NCBI GenBank assembly: GCA_963716255.1
Contig: OY970303.1
Coordinates: 5,856,001-5,920,000, forward strand
DNA: 64,000 nt
Origin: an uncultured Gemmatimonadales bacterium
GTDB taxonomy: Bacteria; Gemmatimonadota; Gemmatimonadetes; Longimicrobiales; Longimicrobiaceae
Direction of reading: 5' to 3'
Shown: piece after piece, positions 28,901 through 42,201 of the stretch
Position numbering within the stretch: position 1 is the stretch's first letter
Layout of the letters: every line of letters begins with the position of its first letter
Notes under the pieces: generated by a model
What the model was told of the DNA's origin: nothing
Seen by the model: only the letters and a program-made list of their open reading frames with translations
Databases searched by the model: none
Program-made: the position numbers and the translations under genes

Positions 28901-30190
28901 TCAGCCGACCGTGTTCTGCGACTTCAGGTACTCGAAGACCTTTTCCTCGGTGATCTCGTTTTCCAGCGCCTGCAGCTGGCCGGACTTTTCCAGCTGGAGC
29001 CAGACCTCGGCAGGGGTGCGGCCGCCGCGCTGCGCCAGCTCCTCCACGCGCGCGTCGATCTCGTCCTGGGTGGCGCGGAGCCCCTGGTCGTCGGCGATGC
29101 GCTCCACCACCATCATGCGCTTCAGCCCCTCCTCGGCCTGCGGCCGCAGCGCCTCGCGCCACTGCGAGATCTGTTCCTTCTGCTCGTCGGCGAGCTTGCC
29201 GCGCTGCTCCTCGTCCTGGCCGGTCATCAGGTCCAGGTAGCGGTCCACCATGGAGGAGGGGACGTCGAAGGCATTGGCCTCCAGGATCTGCCCCACCAGC
29301 TGGCCGCGCACCTCGGCTTCGGCGGTGCGCTTGGACTCCTCGCGCAGGTCCTCCATGACGCGGGCGCGCAGCGCCGTCAGGTCCTCGAAGTCGCCCAGGG
29401 AGCGCGCGAAGTCGTCGTCCAGCTCCGGGACGTCCTTGCGCTGCACCGAGATCAGCTTGAGGTGCAGGTTCTGCTCCTTGCCGGCCTGCTCCGGGTCCGC
29501 GAAGTCCTCGGGGAAGTGCACCGTGAAGTCGCCCTCCTCGCCGGGAGCGAGCGTCAGGATCGCCTGCTCCACCTCGGGGATGGCCTGCCCCTCGCCCAGC
29601 ACGAACCGGTAGTTGTTGGTCTCCGGCTCCTCCTCGTCGCCCTCCTCGGCGCGCGGGGTGATCTCCACCAGGACCTGGTCCGCCCAGTCCGGCTTCTCGC
29701 CCTCGGGGCGGGGCTCCCACACGCCGCGCTCGTCGCGCAGGCGCTCCAGCACCGAATCCACCTCGTCCTCGCCCACCTCGGAGGCGGGGCGGGTCGCGGT
29801 GAAGCCGCTCAGGTTCGCGAGCTTGACCTCCGGCTGTACCTCGAACTCGGCCTCGAAGTGGAGCTCGGCGTTGTCGTGGTAGTGGACGTTGTCGATCATC
29901 CCCTGCGTGATGGGGCGCAGCCCCTCCTGGTCCAGCGCCTCGCGGTACGCCTCCTGGATCACGCGGTCCAGCGTCTCCTGCTCGATGCTGGGCCCGAACT
30001 GCTTCTCCAGGATCCGCTGGGGGATGTGCCCCTTGCGGAAGCCGGGAAGCCGGACGTTGCGGGCGATCTGCGTGGTCACGGCGCTCCGCGTGCGGTTGAC
30101 GCGCTCGGCGGGGACGGTGACGGACACGCGGCGGCTCCAGGAGTTCGGCTCCTGGACGGAGATCTGCAGCTCGTTGGTGGCAGGAGACAT
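28901..30190 (-). CDS. tig: Trigger factor
   Basis: PGFRKGHIP ribosome-binding signature; FKBP-like middle domain; tig-clpP-clpX synteny. Confidence 0.95.
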   Translation of the reverse strand: MSPATNELQISVQEPNSWSRRVSVTVPAERVNRTRSAVTTQIARNVRLPGFRKGHIPQRILEKQFGPSIEQETLDRVIQEAYREALDQEGLRPITQGMIDNVHYHDNAELHFEAEFEVQPEVKLANLSGFTATRPASEVGEDEVDSVLERLRDERGVWEPRPEGEKPDWADQVLVEITPRAEEGDEEEPETNNYRFVLGEGQAIPEVEQAILTLAPGEEGDFTVHFPEDFADPEQAGKEQNLHLKLISVQRKDVPELDDDFARSLGDFEDLTALRARVMEDLREESKRTAEAEVRGQLVGQILEANAFDVPSSMVDRYLDLMTGQDEEQRGKLADEQKEQISQWREALRPQAEEGLKRMMVVERIADDQGLRATQDEIDARVEELAQRGGRTPAEVWLQLEKSGQLQALENEITEEKVFEYLKSQNTVG

Positions 30191-30234
30191 CCGAATATCG
30201 TTCCGGCGTTCGAAGTGGCTGTCGACAGGGAAGA

Positions 30235-30318
30235 TGGTGCGAAAGGGGGGACTCGAACCCCCACGGCAAGGCCACCGGATCCTAAGTCCGGCGCGTCTAC
30301 CAGTTCCGCCACTTTCGC
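30235..30318 (-). tRNA. tRNA-Leu (anticodon TAG)
   Basis: GCGAAAG acceptor stem, CCGGA-CTTAGGA-TCCGG anticodon arm, long variable arm, GGTTCGAGTCC, encoded CCA. Confidence 0.95.
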
Positions 30319-30336
30319 CCAGGCGTCAAGCGGTCA

Positions 30337-30365
30337 AATATAGACCCGGGCCGGGAGGGGGTCAA
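30337..30365 (-). promoter_or_regulatory. sigma70 promoter for tRNA-Leu-tig
   Basis: Minus strand TTGACC-N17-TATATT. Confidence 0.7.
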
Positions 30366-30482
30366 CCGAAACTCCACGCCGGGGCCAGGTGCCTGGTACC
30401 CCCGGTTTCCCGGCGCCGCCGGACGCGGGCGGCCCCGCCGACGGGGCGGGGCCGCTGCCGCTCGCGCGCTCCGGGGACCGGC

Positions 30483-32054
30483 TTATTGCCGGGGGGCCTC
30501 GATGCGCAGGTTGACGATGGTCTTCTGCCCGGTGGGGTTCTCCAGCACCAGCGAGAGCATGTCGCCCGCCTTCTTGGCGTCCACGATGCGCTGCAGGGTG
30601 CGGACGTCGCCGATCTGCTGCCCGTCCGCCGAGGTGATCTTCCACCCCGGCCCGAAGCCGCGCCGGCCCAGGGGCCCGTATCGCTCCGACCCGGTGATCA
30701 CCACTCCGCCCGGCTTGCTGTACTCGAACTGGGTGGCCAGCTGGGCGCTGAGCGGCGCTACCTGGATCCCCAGCTTGTCCGCGGACACCGACACCGGCTC
30801 GGCCGGGCGGGCCGGGCGCTCCTCGCGCGCCGGGGTCCGGGCGGCGACCGTCGTCTGCGCCGCGAGCGACGCCTCGATCAGCGGCACCCGCACGCTGCGC
30901 GACTGGCCGCTGCGGATCACATCCAGGGTGACCGTCTCGCCGGGCTTGTACCCTGTGACGCGGCGCTGCAGCTCGCCGACCCCCTCCACCGCCTGGCCGT
31001 TGACGGAAACGATCACGTCGCCCTCCCGCAGGCCGGCCCGCTCGGCGGGGCTGTCGCTCTCGAAGTCCTGCACCAGCACGCCGCTGATGCGCGGGAGCTT
31101 GTAGACCTCCGCGTCCTCGGGGGTGATGGGGCGGACCTGAACGCCCAGCACCGCGCGCCGCACCCGCCCGTAGCGGATCAGGTCGTCGCCGATGCGCCGC
31201 GCCAGGTCGATGGGGATGGCGAAGCCGTACCCCGAGTAGTACCCGGTGCGCGAGGCGATCACCGAGTTGATGCCGATGACCTCGCCGCGGAGGTTGACCA
31301 GCGGGCCGCCGGAGTTGCCGGGGTTGATGGCCGCGTCCGTCTGGATGAAGTCCTCGATGGCCCACTGGCCGTTCTCCTCGGCGCTGCGGCCGATGATCCC
31401 CAGCGCGCGCCCCTTGGCGCTGATGATCCCGGAGGTCACCGTGGTCCCCAGCTCCAGCGGGTTGCCGATGGCCAGCACCCACTCCCCGATGCGCGATCCC
31501 TCGGAGCTCCCCATGCGGGTGGCGGGGAAGCGTCCCTCCACCTTGATCACCGCCACGTCCGTGAGCGGGTCCGCCCCCACCAGCTTGGCCGACAGCCGCC
31601 GGTTGTCCTGCATGATCACGTTGATCTTGGTGGCCCGCTCCACGACGTGGTTGTTGGTCATGATGTAGCCGTCGGGCGTGATCAGGAAGCCCGATCCGCC
31701 CGACTCCTCCGGCGGGAGCTGGCGGGCGTCGCCGCCCTGGCCCTGCGGCCCCTCGAAGAAGGGAAACAACTCCCGCAGCTCCTGCGGCACCTGCCGGGAG
31801 CCGGTGCGGGGAGCGCGCTCCGCCTCGATGCTCACCACCGACGGGGTCACCGACTCCGAGATGGAGATGAAGGCCTGGCTCAGGTCCGCGACGGGCTGCA
31901 CCGCCGCGCGCGAGGGGGTGGGAGCGGTCTGGAAAAGGGTCGCGGCCTGGGATCCGGCGGTCCACCCCATCCCCGAGGCGAGGAGGATGCCGCCCGCGAA
32001 GGCGGCCCCGGTGAAGGCGACCAGCCTGACTTTGGCGCGTACGGGATCGAACAT
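30483..32054 (-). CDS. degP: HtrA/DegP (Do) serine protease with two PDZ domains
   Basis: GSGF, TNNHVV, DVAVIK, IQTDAAINPGNSGGPL. Confidence 0.9.
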   Translation of the reverse strand: MFDPVRAKVRLVAFTGAAFAGGILLASGMGWTAGSQAATLFQTAPTPSRAAVQPVADLSQAFISISESVTPSVVSIEAERAPRTGSRQVPQELRELFPFFEGPQGQGGDARQLPPEESGGSGFLITPDGYIMTNNHVVERATKINVIMQDNRRLSAKLVGADPLTDVAVIKVEGRFPATRMGSSEGSRIGEWVLAIGNPLELGTTVTSGIISAKGRALGIIGRSAEENGQWAIEDFIQTDAAINPGNSGGPLVNLRGEVIGINSVIASRTGYYSGYGFAIPIDLARRIGDDLIRYGRVRRAVLGVQVRPITPEDAEVYKLPRISGVLVQDFESDSPAERAGLREGDVIVSVNGQAVEGVGELQRRVTGYKPGETVTLDVIRSGQSRSVRVPLIEASLAAQTTVAARTPAREERPARPAEPVSVSADKLGIQVAPLSAQLATQFEYSKPGGVVITGSERYGPLGRRGFGPGWKITSADGQQIGDVRTLQRIVDAKKAGDMLSLVLENPTGQKTIVNLRIEAPRQ

Positions 32055-32218
32055 GGTCGGCCTGCTGGAAGGAGAGTGATCGTACAGGGCTGGGAACTGG
32101 TACTGAGGACCCCGCCCGGAGTTCCGTCCAGCCCGGTGCCGGGTCCCTGCAAATCGCCGGCCCCGCCTCCTGGGGGGAGACGGGGCCGGCGGCGTCGCTC
32201 GCGAGCAGCGGGGACGGG

Positions 32219-34438
<2,220 letters not shown>

Positions 34439-34503
34439 TCACGGCGGGCGCCCGGGCCCCGCCCCACGCACCCACGCTATTTCGCACTCCCGCGCTTCTC
34501 TTC

Positions 34504-35352
34504 ATGTCCCGCCAACTCGCCGAGACCGTCGCCTTTCTCCGCGAGCGCTTCACGCGCGCGCCGCACGCCATGCTGGTGCTGGGCTCCGGGCTGGGCGGCC
34601 TGGCGGACGAGATCGAGGACCCGGTGCGCATCCCCTTCGCGGAGATCCCCGGCTTCCCGCGGCGGACGCAGGAGCTGGCCGGGCACGCGGGCGCGCTGGT
34701 GGCGGGGCGGCTGGAGGGGGTGGAGGTGGCGGCCATGCAGGGCCGCTTCCACCTGTACGAGGGGTGGGAGCCGGCGGACGTGGCGCTCCCGGTGCGCGCC
34801 CTGGCGGCGCTGGGCGCCGGCACGCTGCTGGTGACCAACGCGGCGGGGGGGATCCGCCCCGGCTTCCGCCCGGGCGACCTGATGCTGATCGCGGACCACG
34901 TGAACCTGATGTCGCGCAGCCCGCTGATCGGCGCGGCGGTGCCGGGCGAGGAGCGCTTCCCCGACATGTCGGACCCGTACGACGCGGGGTTCCGCCGCAT
35001 CGCGGAGGCGACGGCTCTGGAGCTGGGGATCCCGCTGGTGCAGGGCGTCTACGCCGCGCTCCTGGGCCCCAGCTACGAGACCCCCGCGGAGATCCGCATG
35101 CTGGCCCGCCTGGGCGCGGACGCGGTGGGGATGTCCACCGTGCCGGAGGTGCTGGTGGCGCGGGCGCTGGGGGTGCGGGTGCTTGGGATCTCCTGCATCA
35201 CCAACCTGGCCGCCGGTCTGGGCACCCAGAAGCTGTCGCACGACGAGGTGATGGAGACCGGCGCCGCGGTGCGCGACCGCCTGGTGGCGCTGGTGCGCGG
35301 CGTGCTCCCCCGGGTGGCCGGCCTGAACCTGCCCTCCGAAGCCGCGTCCTGA
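34504..35352 (+). CDS. punA: Purine nucleoside phosphorylase (trimeric family)
   Basis: LGSGLG, QGRFHLYEG, TNAAGG, GPSYETPAE, VGMSTVPE. Confidence 0.93.
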   Translation: MSRQLAETVAFLRERFTRAPHAMLVLGSGLGGLADEIEDPVRIPFAEIPGFPRRTQELAGHAGALVAGRLEGVEVAAMQGRFHLYEGWEPADVALPVRALAALGAGTLLVTNAAGGIRPGFRPGDLMLIADHVNLMSRSPLIGAAVPGEERFPDMSDPYDAGFRRIAEATALELGIPLVQGVYAALLGPSYETPAEIRMLARLGADAVGMSTVPEVLVARALGVRVLGISCITNLAAGLGTQKLSHDEVMETGAAVRDRLVALVRGVLPRVAGLNLPSEAAS

Positions 35353-35396
35353 AGGCGCGGGAAGCTGGCGTCCCCGAAGACGCCAGCGCGATGCCT

Positions 35397-35523
35397 GCGT
35401 GAGGGATGCGAGCGCGAAGCGGCGAGACCCGGGGGCAGTTTCCCGGGGCTCGCCTCCGTTACGCAGCGTTGTTTGCTGCGTTACGGAGCCGCAGCCCGAC
35501 CCCGCGCCAGCGGGGGCACGCCC
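35397..35523 (+). repeat. Structured intergenic repeat family 1, copy 6
   Basis: CGCGAAGCG variant; between convergent punA and thiD. Confidence 0.9.
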
Positions 35524-35535
35524 GAACCAGGCCGT

Positions 35536-36342
35536 TCAGTCCGTCGCTGGTCCCGGGACCATGTGGTTGAGCGGCCCGTGCCCGCTCCCCAGCCCCGGCG
35601 CCTCGCGGATGGCGCGCTGCACGTAGTCCAGCGCGTCCTCCACCGCCCGGCGCAGCGGGCGCCCGTGCGCCAGCCCCGCCGCGACCGCCGCGGACAGGGT
35701 GCAGCCGGTGCCGTGGGTGCTGGTGGTGTGCAGCCTGGGGCGGCGCCACTCGTGCCACTCGCGCCCGTCAAAGAGCACGTCCACCAGCTCCTCGCCGCGC
35801 AGGTGGCCTCCCTTGAGCAGGGCCGCGCGGGCGCCGCGCTCCACCAGCGCCTCGGCGGCGCGGCGCATGGCGGCGGGGTCCTCCACCGGGAAGCCGGCCA
35901 GGAGGGCGGCCTCGTCCAGGTTGGGGGTGGCGAGCGCCGCCAGGGGGAGCAGTTCCTCCACGAGGGTGCGCTCGGCGTCGGCGTCCAGCAGCCGGTCGCC
36001 GCTGGTGGCGACCATCACCGGGTCCAGCACGTAGCCGGGCAGCGCGTGCTCGCGGATGGCGGCGGCCACCGCGCGGACCAGCTCCGCGGTCGCCAGCATC
36101 CCGGTCTTGCAGGCGGCGGGGGGGAGGTCCCCGGCCACGGCGGCGACCTGCGCCCGCACCACCTCCACGGGAACGGCGTGCACCCCCGTCACCCCGAGCG
36201 TGTTCTGCACCGTGATCGCGGTGACCGCCGTGGTGCCGAACACGCCGAAGGCGTGGAAGGTCTTGAGGTCGGCCTGGATCCCGGCGCCGCCCCCGGAGTC
36301 GGAGCCGGCGATGGACAGGACGACCGGGAGGCGCGGGGGCAT
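35536..36342 (-). CDS. thiD: Hydroxymethylpyrimidine/phosphomethylpyrimidine kinase
   Basis: [43 protein letters not shown]. Confidence 0.95.
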   Translation of the reverse strand: MPPRLPVVLSIAGSDSGGGAGIQADLKTFHAFGVFGTTAVTAITVQNTLGVTGVHAVPVEVVRAQVAAVAGDLPPAACKTGMLATAELVRAVAAAIREHALPGYVLDPVMVATSGDRLLDADAERTLVEELLPLAALATPNLDEAALLAGFPVEDPAAMRRAAEALVERGARAALLKGGHLRGEELVDVLFDGREWHEWRRPRLHTTSTHGTGCTLSAAVAAGLAHGRPLRRAVEDALDYVQRAIREAPGLGSGHGPLNHMVPGPATD

Positions 36343-37223
36343 CAGGGCGCGGGCAGGGGTTGCGGGACCGGGGAAGCGGGGAGCTGCTGCACCCGCTCCA
36401 GGAACGCCGGGTAAGATGCGATGTCGCGTGCCAGCCGGGGAGACCCGGCGGGGAGCTCCCTGCGGATCTCCTTGCTGGTTTCCGCGATGCGGGTGCTGGT
36501 CATGGGGTGCGTGGAGAACCACTCCATGGTGGGCTGCGTGGAGCCGGCCTCCTCGCGGAGCAGCGCGTCCAGGAAGGTGACGATCCCCCGCGGGTCCACG
36601 CCGGAGTCGATCAGGTATCGCACCGCGAGGTCGTCCGCCTCCATCTCCGCCTTGCGGGAGTTGGAGGCCGTCCACAGCGAGCTCCCCATGCGCAGCGCGG
36701 TCTGGTCCAGCAGCTCCGGCTCGGTCCCCAGGATCACGCGGTACATGACGGAGATCAGCGACCCGGTGCGCAGCTGCCGCTCCAGCGTGCGCGCCCCGTG
36801 GCGCGCGGCGACGTGGCCGATCTCGTGCGCCAGCACGGCCGACAGCTCGGATACGTTGTGCGTGCGCTCGATGAGCCCGCGGTTCACGTACACGTGGCCG
36901 CCGGGGATGGCGAAGGCGTTGACCGCCGGGCTGTTGACGATGTAGAAGCGGTACGGCACGTCCGGCCGGTCGCTGTGACGGGCGATCAGCTTCCCCAGGC
37001 GGTTGACGTACAGGTTGAGCGCCGGGTCGCGCACCAGCGGGAGCTGGTGGCTGATCTGCGCCGCCACCTGGTCGCCGATCTCCTGCTCGGCGTTCTCGCT
37101 GACGCACCCGGCGAGCCCGGGCGCCAGGAGGAGCGCCGCCGCCGCGAGGCGGCGGGCGAAGCGGGCCCGCGCGGCCTGCGGCCGGCGGGCCCGGAGGGAG
37201 GACCCCGGGCCCGCCCTCGTCAC
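36342..37223 (-). CDS. M48-family zinc metalloprotease (lipoprotein)
   Basis: LAGC lipobox; [26 protein letters not shown] start overlaps upstream stop. Confidence 0.88.
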   Translation of the reverse strand: MTRAGPGSSLRARRPQAARARFARRLAAAALLLAPGLAGCVSENAEQEIGDQVAAQISHQLPLVRDPALNLYVNRLGKLIARHSDRPDVPYRFYIVNSPAVNAFAIPGGHVYVNRGLIERTHNVSELSAVLAHEIGHVAARHGARTLERQLRTGSLISVMYRVILGTEPELLDQTALRMGSSLWTASNSRKAEMEADDLAVRYLIDSGVDPRGIVTFLDALLREEAGSTQPTMEWFSTHPMTSTRIAETSKEIRRELPAGSPRLARDIASYPAFLERVQQLPASPVPQPLPAP

Positions 37224-38050
37224 TGGTTGGTCGCGGGCAGCGAGCGCACGCGGGCCTTGAAGGTCTGGAAGGCGCGGGTGTCGGTGTTGAGCCGGTTGCG
37301 GGTCGCGGCGGGGATCGCCGCGACCGCCCGGCTGGTGTTCTGGATGCGCTCCTCGGTGAGCGGGTGCGTGGCGAACCACTGCTCCAGCCGGCTGGGGTTG
37401 CGCTGTTTCTCGGAAAGCAGCTTCTCGAAGAAGCTCACCATCCCCTGCGGGTTGTAGCCGGCACGGGTCATGAACTCCATGCCGCGCAGGTCGGCCTCGC
37501 GCTCGGCGTCGCGGCCGTAGCTGGCGAAGACGGCGGTGCCGCCCGCCTGGATCCCCACCTGCTCCAGTCCTCCGGGGTTGCGGCCCAGGAGCACGCCGTA
37601 GAGCAGCGCCAGGCCCATGTTGGCGTTCTGCGCCCGCTGCACCTGCTCGATGCCGTGCCGCTCCACCACGTGGGCGACTTCGTGCGACATCACCCCGACC
37701 AGCTCCGAGGCGTTGGCGGCGCGCTCGATCACGCCGCGGTTCACGTACACGTAGCCGCCCGGAAGGGCGAAGGCGTTGACGACGTTGGAGTTGACGACCT
37801 GGAAGGTGTACGGGATGCCCCGGGGGTCCGCGCCCCGTGCGATGGAACGGCCCAGCTCGTTGATGTACTGGTTGATGGCCGCGTCGCGCACGATGGGGAG
37901 CTGCTGGTTGACCTGGGCGGCGTTCTGCCGTCCGATCTCGACCTCCTGCTGCGTCGTGATGGCGGGAGCGCAGCCGCCCGCGGTCGCGACCACCCCACCC
38001 AGCGCGAGCGCCAGGACGGGGCCTTGGATGCGGTTGAAAAAGGTATGCAT
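37220..38050 (-). CDS. M48-family zinc metalloprotease (lipoprotein)
   Basis: AGGC; NAFALPGG, SHEVAH, EREAD, FATHP. Confidence 0.9.
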   Translation of the reverse strand: MHTFFNRIQGPVLALALGGVVATAGGCAPAITTQQEVEIGRQNAAQVNQQLPIVRDAAINQYINELGRSIARGADPRGIPYTFQVVNSNVVNAFALPGGYVYVNRGVIERAANASELVGVMSHEVAHVVERHGIEQVQRAQNANMGLALLYGVLLGRNPGGLEQVGIQAGGTAVFASYGRDAEREADLRGMEFMTRAGYNPQGMVSFFEKLLSEKQRNPSRLEQWFATHPLTEERIQNTSRAVAAIPAATRNRLNTDTRAFQTFKARVRSLPATNQ

Positions 38051-38124
38051 CGTATGTCTCCGTTCGTTACAGGACTCGCCGGTGCGTGGCGGGTGAAGAG
38101 CAAGTCCCGGACCAGCCTCGACTT

Positions 38125-38892
38125 ATGCTGACGCGCCGCGAAGCGAAGCTGCTCCGCGGCCTGCACCAGCGCAGGATCCGCGAGCAGGAGGGCGCCTTCC
38201 TGGTGGAGGGGGTGCGGGCGGTGGAGGACCTGCTGGCCTCCCGGCTGGGCGTCCGCTTCCTCGTCTGGTCGTCCTCCCTGGAGGACGGCGAGCGCGGACG
38301 CGACCTGTTTGCCGACGCCGGGCGCCGCGGCGTGGCGCTGCACGAGGTGCCCGCCGCCGAGCTGGCGGAGTACGCCGGGACCGAGACGCCGCAGGGCGTG
38401 GTCGCCGTCGCCGACGTTCCCCGCTGGACGCTGGAGGACCTGTACTCGCCCGCGCTTCCCGCGGTGGTCCTGGTGCTGGACGCGGTGCAGGACCCCGGCA
38501 ACTTCGGGACGATGATCCGGACCGCGGAGGCGCTGGGCGCCTCCGGCGTGCTCGCCCTCCCCGGGACGGTGGACGCCTGGAACCCCAAGGCGGTGCGCGC
38601 CGCGATGGGCTCCTCCTTCCGTCTCCCGGTGGTCGCCGCCGGGTGGGACGAGGCGGCCCCCTGGCTCGAGCGGGAGAGCTACGCCGTGCTCGCCTCGACC
38701 GTCGGCGCGCTTCCCCTGGGAGCGGAGCGCCCGGAGCGCGCCGCCCTGGTGGTGGGCAACGAGGGCGCCGGCGTGTCCGCGGAAACGCGGGCCCGCGCCG
38801 CCCGCGAGGTGGGGATCCCCCTGCGCGGCCGCGCCGAGTCGCTCAACGTGGGCTCCGCCGCGGCCATCCTCCTCCACGAACTCCTTCGCTGA
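38125..38892 (+). CDS. TrmH/SpoU-family RNA methyltransferase
   Basis: QDPGNFGTMIRTA, GNEGAG, ESLNV. Confidence 0.92.
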   Translation: MLTRREAKLLRGLHQRRIREQEGAFLVEGVRAVEDLLASRLGVRFLVWSSSLEDGERGRDLFADAGRRGVALHEVPAAELAEYAGTETPQGVVAVADVPRWTLEDLYSPALPAVVLVLDAVQDPGNFGTMIRTAEALGASGVLALPGTVDAWNPKAVRAAMGSSFRLPVVAAGWDEAAPWLERESYAVLASTVGALPLGAERPERAALVVGNEGAGVSAETRARAAREVGIPLRGRAESLNVGSAAAILLHELLR

Positions 38893-38907
38893 CCCCCCAC
38901 TCTTCCC

Positions 38908-39675
38908 ATGCCCGATTATTTCGTCTGGGTCTACGCCGCGCTCCTGGGCGCCGCGGTGGGCTCGTTCCTGAACGTCTGCATCTACCGCCTGCCGGAGGGC
39001 CAGTCGGTGGTGTCGCCGCGCTCGCGCTGCCCGGTGTGCGGCCACGAGATCGGGTGGCGGGACAACATTCCCATTTTCAGCTGGCTTCTCCTCCGGGGGA
39101 AGTGCCGGGGGTGCGGGACGGCGATCTCGGTGCAGTACCCGCTGGTGGAGCTGACCACGGCGCTGCTCTGGCTGGCGGCGGCGCTGCGCTTCGGGGCGTC
39201 GTGGCAGGCGCTGTCCACGGCGCTGTTCTTCACCCTGCTGCTGGGGATCGCGCTCACCGACGCGCGCGCCTACACCATCCCGGACGAGTTCTCGCTGGGC
39301 GGGCTCGCCGCGGGGATCCTGCTGTCGCTGGCTCCGGGGGGGATCTCGCCGCTCCAGTCGGCGCTGGGGGCGGCGCTCGGCTTCGGGCTGCTCTACGCGA
39401 TCGCGGTGGCGGGGGAGTGGATCTTCAAGAAGCCGGCGATGGGCGGGGGCGACATCAAGATGATGGCGATGGTGGGGGCGTTCCTGGGGCCGGCCGGGGT
39501 GCTGCTGACGCTGTTCCTGGGCGCGCTGCTGGGAACGCTGATCTTCGCGCCCATCGGCATGAAGACGGGAAAGCTGGTGCCGTTCGGGATCTTTCTGGCG
39601 CTCGGCGCGGCGGTGACGGAGCCGTGGGGCGGCTGGATGACGGACTGGTATGTGAGGACGTTCCTGGGCGGGTAG
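38908..39675 (+). CDS. pilD: Prepilin peptidase (A24)
   Basis: GSFLNVCIYRLP, CPVC...CRGC, MGGGDIK, PFGIFL. Confidence 0.92.
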   Translation: MPDYFVWVYAALLGAAVGSFLNVCIYRLPEGQSVVSPRSRCPVCGHEIGWRDNIPIFSWLLLRGKCRGCGTAISVQYPLVELTTALLWLAAALRFGASWQALSTALFFTLLLGIALTDARAYTIPDEFSLGGLAAGILLSLAPGGISPLQSALGAALGFGLLYAIAVAGEWIFKKPAMGGGDIKMMAMVGAFLGPAGVLLTLFLGALLGTLIFAPIGMKTGKLVPFGIFLALGAAVTEPWGGWMTDWYVRTFLGG

Positions 39676-40019
39676 CCGCCGGCTCCACGCGGGCCGGCGC
39701 CGCCCCGGCACGCCCCCCCCTCCCTCGGGCCGCGTGCCTTCCCGCCGTTCGATGCGGAAGGCGCGGGCCTTTCTCGGCGTTGGCCCCATCCTCCCCCTTT
39801 CCGGGAAGCGAAACAGCTCGCCGCTGCGCCCATGCGGTCATACCGCGGTGCACGTCGGGTCGTGAACGCGCGGGCTCCGTCGTCCCGGGGTGAGCAGCAT
39901 GACGGCCGGAAAATGGACGCGGACGCCGGCCGGCGTTGCAGCCACGTGTGATCGCAATTAGACTAAGCCGGATCCGTATGGGCCTTGGATTCAAGGTGCT
40001 CACTTCTGGGGAGATACTT

Positions 40020-42005
40020 ATGAGTTGGCTGGACAGGGTGGCGCAGGGAGTGGATGAGCGGCAGCCGCAGGTCATCAACGACTCCAAGACTCCTTCCGGG
40101 CGCGTGCATGTCGGCGCCCTCCGGGGAGTGCTGATCCACGACGCCATCTTCCGCGCTTTCGCCGCCCAGGGAACCGCGGTGCGATACCTGTACGGGGTGG
40201 ACGACTACGATCCGATGGACGAGGTCCCGGCCGGCCTGGAGGAATATTATGCACCCTACCTCGGCATGCCTCTGTGCAACGTTCCCGCGCCGATCGGCTC
40301 GAATGCTCCAGACATTGCAGAGCATTACATCGGCGAGTTCTTCGAAGTCTTCGAAAAGCTCGGCGTGCGCGCAGAAAAGTATCGCATGCGTGACATGTAC
40401 CGTCAGGGAAAGCTGAACGAGGCGATCGATCAGATTCTTCGCAATGCGGATGCCGTACGGCGCATATACAAGCAGGTCAGCAACTCGGACCGGCCCGCCA
40501 ACTGGCTGCCTTTTCAGGTGATCTGCGAAAACTGCGGGAGGATCGGCACCACCGAAGTCACCGCGTACGACGGCAGGGAGGTCACCTATGACTGCCGCCG
40601 TGACCTGGTGTCCTGGGCCACGGGATGCGGCCACCATGGAGCGATGTCTCCGTTCGACGGAAACGGCAAGCTGCCGTGGAAGCTCGAATGGGTCGCCAAG
40701 TGGAAGGGACTTTCCGTCACCGTCGAAGGGGCGGGAAAGGACCACTCCACCAAGGGGGGAGCCCGCGACGTGGCCGAGCGCTGCCTGCGGGAGATCTTCC
40801 AGCAGAAGCCGCCCTTCAACGTACCCTACGAGTTCTTTCTCGTGGACGGCGCGAAGATGAGCTCTTCCCGCGGGATCGGGGCTTCGGCCCAGGCGGTCAG
40901 CGAGCTCCTGCCGCCCGAGATCCTGCGCTTCCTCATGCTCCGTACGCAGCCCAAGGCTACGGTCAACTTCTCGCTCGAGCAGGAATTTCTCATCCGGGTC
41001 TTCAACGACTACGATCGCCTGCACGAGAAGGCGAGGAAGCCGGAAGACCTGACGAGCGACGAGAAGCAGCTCTACGAGCTGTCACAGGTCGCCCCGCACG
41101 AATCGCCCCAGGACCTGTACCTGGAGAACTTCGGAGTGGTGCTGGCACTGGTGCAGATGCCGCATCTCGACGTCGTCGCCGAGGTCGCGAAGCGCAAGGG
41201 GGCGGCGCTGACCCCGGTGGAGCTGCAGCACCTGCAGCGCCGGGTGAAGACGGCGCTCCTGTGGCTGGAAAGCTACGCGTCCGATGAGGACAGGATTGCG
41301 ATCCAGCACTCCCTCCCCCGGAGCGCATGGACGCTGACCCCGACGCAGAAGGCATTCCTCCACAGGCTGGGGAGCGAGCTCGCCGTGTCCGGGGAGTGGG
41401 TCGAGGAAAGCCTGCAGAACGCGATCTTCGATGTCGCGAGGATGGTGCCGCTCCCGGCCTCCGAGGCGTTCGGAGCCATCTACCGCGTACTGCTGGGCAG
41501 GGACTCCGGCCCCAAGGCGGGCAGCCTGATGGCCTTTCTGGACAGGTCGTTCGTGATACGCCGCTTCTGGGAGATGCCGTACTCCGAGGCGGCGATGTGG
41601 CGACACACGGCGCTGAGCGAAGGGCAACTGGAAAGCATGCTCCTGCGGGAACACGGCAAGATCCAGTCGCTGACGGTCCAGCCGGCGGTGGTCGCGGCCG
41701 AGCTGCACTTTCCCCGGGACGCCTCAGGCGACCGCCTGCTCGCCGGGGCGGCTGTCCTCGAGTTCCTGTTGACGATGCGCGACGGCAAGATCCAGATGAA
41801 GCGAATGGCCCTGGGCCATTTCAAGGGCTCCGACCTGTCGCTGGAGCACGAGTGCGACGTCGTTGCCGAGCTTGCGGGTGAGCACGTCGAGTCTCTCAAG
41901 CAGCGGACGGACGTGCCGATGACGATGCTGCCCATCCGCTGCCGCTGCGAGAGCATCGACGACCTCGACGTGGATCGCCCGCTGCCGATTTCCGCGATTT
42001 CCTGA
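40020..42005 (+). CDS. lysK: Class I lysyl-tRNA synthetase with C-terminal extension
   Basis: PSGRVHVG (HIGH-type), DDYD, GKLPWKLEW, GKDH, KMSSS; GGAGA RBS before ATG 40020. Confidence 0.88.
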   Translation: MSWLDRVAQGVDERQPQVINDSKTPSGRVHVGALRGVLIHDAIFRAFAAQGTAVRYLYGVDDYDPMDEVPAGLEEYYAPYLGMPLCNVPAPIGSNAPDIAEHYIGEFFEVFEKLGVRAEKYRMRDMYRQGKLNEAIDQILRNADAVRRIYKQVSNSDRPANWLPFQVICENCGRIGTTEVTAYDGREVTYDCRRDLVSWATGCGHHGAMSPFDGNGKLPWKLEWVAKWKGLSVTVEGAGKDHSTKGGARDVAERCLREIFQQKPPFNVPYEFFLVDGAKMSSSRGIGASAQAVSELLPPEILRFLMLRTQPKATVNFSLEQEFLIRVFNDYDRLHEKARKPEDLTSDEKQLYELSQVAPHESPQDLYLENFGVVLALVQMPHLDVVAEVAKRKGAALTPVELQHLQRRVKTALLWLESYASDEDRIAIQHSLPRSAWTLTPTQKAFLHRLGSELAVSGEWVEESLQNAIFDVARMVPLPASEAFGAIYRVLLGRDSGPKAGSLMAFLDRSFVIRRFWEMPYSEAAMWRHTALSEGQLESMLLREHGKIQSLTVQPAVVAAELHFPRDASGDRLLAGAAVLEFLLTMRDGKIQMKRMALGHFKGSDLSLEHECDVVAELAGEHVESLKQRTDVPMTMLPIRCRCESIDDLDVDRPLPISAIS

Positions 42006-42201
42006 CGCGCACGGGCGGGCACTCCGTCCTGCCGAGCTCCAGATTCGCAAAGGTAGAAACGCAGCGGCACCACTCGGCGTGGTGCCGCTGCGTTTCCGTG
42101 CAGTCCCCCCGCGATCTCTCCCACCCGTCCACTCACCCCGCCCACGGTACCGGCGATTTTTCCTGGACCGGCAGGCCGGCTCACACCGGGCTCCGTTCTT
42201 T

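Noticed and set aside
30235..30318. tRNA-Leu as an integration site for an island
   Set aside because: No duplicated tRNA 3' end or integrase seen in the window; flanks are housekeeping genes
39676..40019. T-box or lysine riboswitch ahead of lysK
   Set aside because: No T-box motif or recognisable aptamer seen
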